Assembly: GCA_030141605.1 (NCBI GenBank)
Contig: JAQGDQ010001688.1
Coordinates: 1-29,406 of the forward strand
Source: Tubiluchus corallicola
Taxonomy: Eukaryota; Animalia; Priapulida
Length of the DNA stretch: 29,406 bases
Direction: 5' to 3'
The notes beneath the pieces are model-generated. The model made no database searches. It was given only the letters and a program-made list of their open reading frames with translations, and was not told where the DNA came from. The translations under genes and the position numbers were made by a program. This document shows, one piece after another, positions 1-29,406 of the stretch. Numbering within the stretch: the stretch's first letter is position 1; each line of letters begins with the position of its first letter.

Positions 1-18
1 TGATGCCTTGAGATGGCC

Positions 19-1222
19 TCACTGTCTGAGTTTCTGACATGAGTTTAGGATAGCTTACTTTCCGAGCTTCTGACATGAGTTTAGGATAGCTCACTGTCTG
101 AGCTTCTAACATGAGTTTAGGATAGCTCACTGTCTGAGCTTCTAACATGAGTTTAGGAAAGCTCACTGACTGAGCTTTCGACATGAGTTTAGGATAGCTC
201 ACTGTCTGAGCTTCTGACATGAGTTTAGGATAGCTCACTGTCTGAGCTTCTGACATGAGTTTAGGATAGCTTACTTTCCGAGCTTCTGACTTGAGGTTAG
301 GATAGCTCACTGTTTGAGCTTCTGACATGAGTTTAGGATAGCTTACTTTCCGAGCTTCTGACATGAGTTTAGGATAGCTCACTGTCTGAGTTTCTGACAT
401 GAGGTTAGGATAGCTCACTGTCTGAGTTTCTAACATGAGTTTAGGAAAGCTCACTGACTGAGCTTTCGACATGAGTTTAGGATAGCTCACTGTCTGAGCT
501 TCTGACATGAGTTTAGGATAGCTCACTGTCTGAGCTTCTAACATGAGTTTAGGAAAGCTCACTGACTGAGCTTTCGACATGAGTTTAGGATAGCTCACTG
601 TCTGAGCTTCTGACATGAGGTTAGGATAGCTCACTGTCTGAGCTTCTAACATGAGTTTAGGAAAGCTCACTGACTGAGCTTTCGACATGAGTTTAAGATA
701 GCTCACTGTCTGAGCTTCTGACATGAGGTTAGGATAGCTCACTGTCTGAGCTTCTAACATGAGTTTAGGAAAGCTCACTGACTGAGCTTTCGACATGAGT
801 TTAGGATAGCTTACTGTCTGAGCTTCTAACATGAGTTTAGGATAGCTCACTGTCTGAGTTTTTGACATGAGGTTAATATAGCTCACTGTCTGAGCTTCTG
901 ACATGAGTTTAGGAAAGCTTGCTGTTTGAGCTTCTGACATGAGTTTAGGAAAGCTCACTGTCTGAGTTTCTGACATGAGGTTAGGATAGTTCACTTTCTG
1001 AGCTTCTGACATGAGTTTAGGATAGCTCACTGTCTGAGCTTTCGACATGAGTTTAGGATAGCTCACTGTCTGAGCTTCTGACATGAGGTTAGGATAGCTC
1101 ACTGTCTGAGCTTTCGACATGAGTTTAGGATAGCTCACTGTCTGAGCTTCTGACATGAGTTTGGGATAGCTCACTGTCTGAACTTCTGACATGAGTTTAA
1201 AACAACTCGCTGTCTGTGCTTC
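19..1222. repeat. 36-bp tandem minisatellite, about 33 copies (GACATGAGTTTAGGATAGCTCACTGTCTGAGCTTCT)
   Basis: Exact 36-bp period with no spacers. It has an internal inverted repeat AGCTCA-N5-TGAGCT and recurring variant units. Confidence 0.97.
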
Positions 1223-1575
1223 TGTGTTCATGAATTGGTGAGTTGCCATGATTGGCGGGTAAATGTTGCTGCCACAGCTGTTTCTATGAAGTGCGTTCAG
1301 ACTGATAATGTGAATGAGCCAGCAGGTTTTCTTTTTGTTTCAAATTAAATTACCCATGTGACAGTAGTGAACAAGGTTTATAGGGACCGTATGTGTTTTT
1401 CTTCCAACACAATATGTTTCTTACTTTAGTAAACATGCCTTAACAGATTAAGTTCAGCAACACAGGTGAGGGAGGGTGGTTATTATAGCATGTCTTCACC
1501 AACAACTGTTCACGCCATTATTCATGCTGAAGCAATAGAAACCCATTCTGCATATATTTTAAAAAAAATGTTTAC

Positions 1576-28789
<27,214 letters not shown>

Positions 28790-29406
28790 CTGGAAATATT
28801 ATAAAATATAAAAATTAATATATAATGGATTATATACCAGAATACCAGACATGATTCTTAGCACCCAGTCTGCCTCATATCAAGTCTCTGCATGCCACCT
28901 ATTAATCTCAAGAGAGAGTAAAGCATTTTCTCTGGTTTACAAATTGTGACTAAAATAATGTAGACTTACAACTAAAACCTCTTACTTGAAATTTATTAAA
29001 AGAAATTTTAGTACTTTCTAAGCTTTAATTGTTTTTGTTCTGTAGCAACTTTTGTTAGCAAACCTATTCTTACAATTTTTCTCAAAATGATTAAATGATT
29101 AAAAGCCATTATTACAATGTCTTCGTAGGAAGTACTTTGCGTGAAAATTATCTGTAAGAAGTTTGTTATGTAAAAAAACTAAAACACAGAAATTGCTTTC
29201 AGTAGACCCGTTGCGACTATTAACTATTTTTCAGTTTATTGCTAGCAAGAACAGTTATTTTGACCAGTTATTTTGAAAAGTCCAAATAATCATGATGTCT
29301 GTTATTGCTACATAAACATTCACGTTCACTTACGAATGAAATGTACCGACAGTAAAGTTGATTACAAAACAAGTTCTTGAGGTAATTTACTTAGCGATAT
29401 TATCAA

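Noticed and set aside
19-1222. 36-bp palindromic repeats resembling a CRISPR array
   Set aside because: The units are head-to-tail with no unique spacers, there are no cas genes, and the context is a eukaryotic intron.
28800-29406. Candidate first coding exon (gtaagt donors near 28969 and 29333)
   Set aside because: I found no ATG-initiated hydrophobic signal sequence in the required phase; the first exon is probably outside the window.

Overview
Eukaryotic (metazoan, AT-rich, probably marine invertebrate) genomic DNA, not prokaryotic. Almost the whole window is one minus-strand, intron-rich gene. I assembled 25 phase-compatible GT-AG exons by hand (28789 down to 1576; 4583 nt, about 1528 codons). 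They encode a receptor-type protein tyrosine phosphatase with an unusual ectodomain: end of signal peptide, 5 WSC domains, a laminin-type EGF, 4 FN3, 2 Cys-supplemented EGF, TM, juxtamembrane region, an intact catalytic PTP D1 ([25 protein letters not shown]-loop) and the start of a degenerate D2. The start-codon exon was not found and the rest of D2 lies beyond the left edge. The introns hold a 36-bp minisatellite with a higher-order block and one fully open frame, long microsatellites, a bipartite RTE-derived element, a hAT-type MITE, LINE RT remnants, three related tRNA-like SINE heads, and local duplications, one of which creates a potential in-frame micro-exon. All domain and repeat-family calls come from motif recognition by eye; no database search was run.
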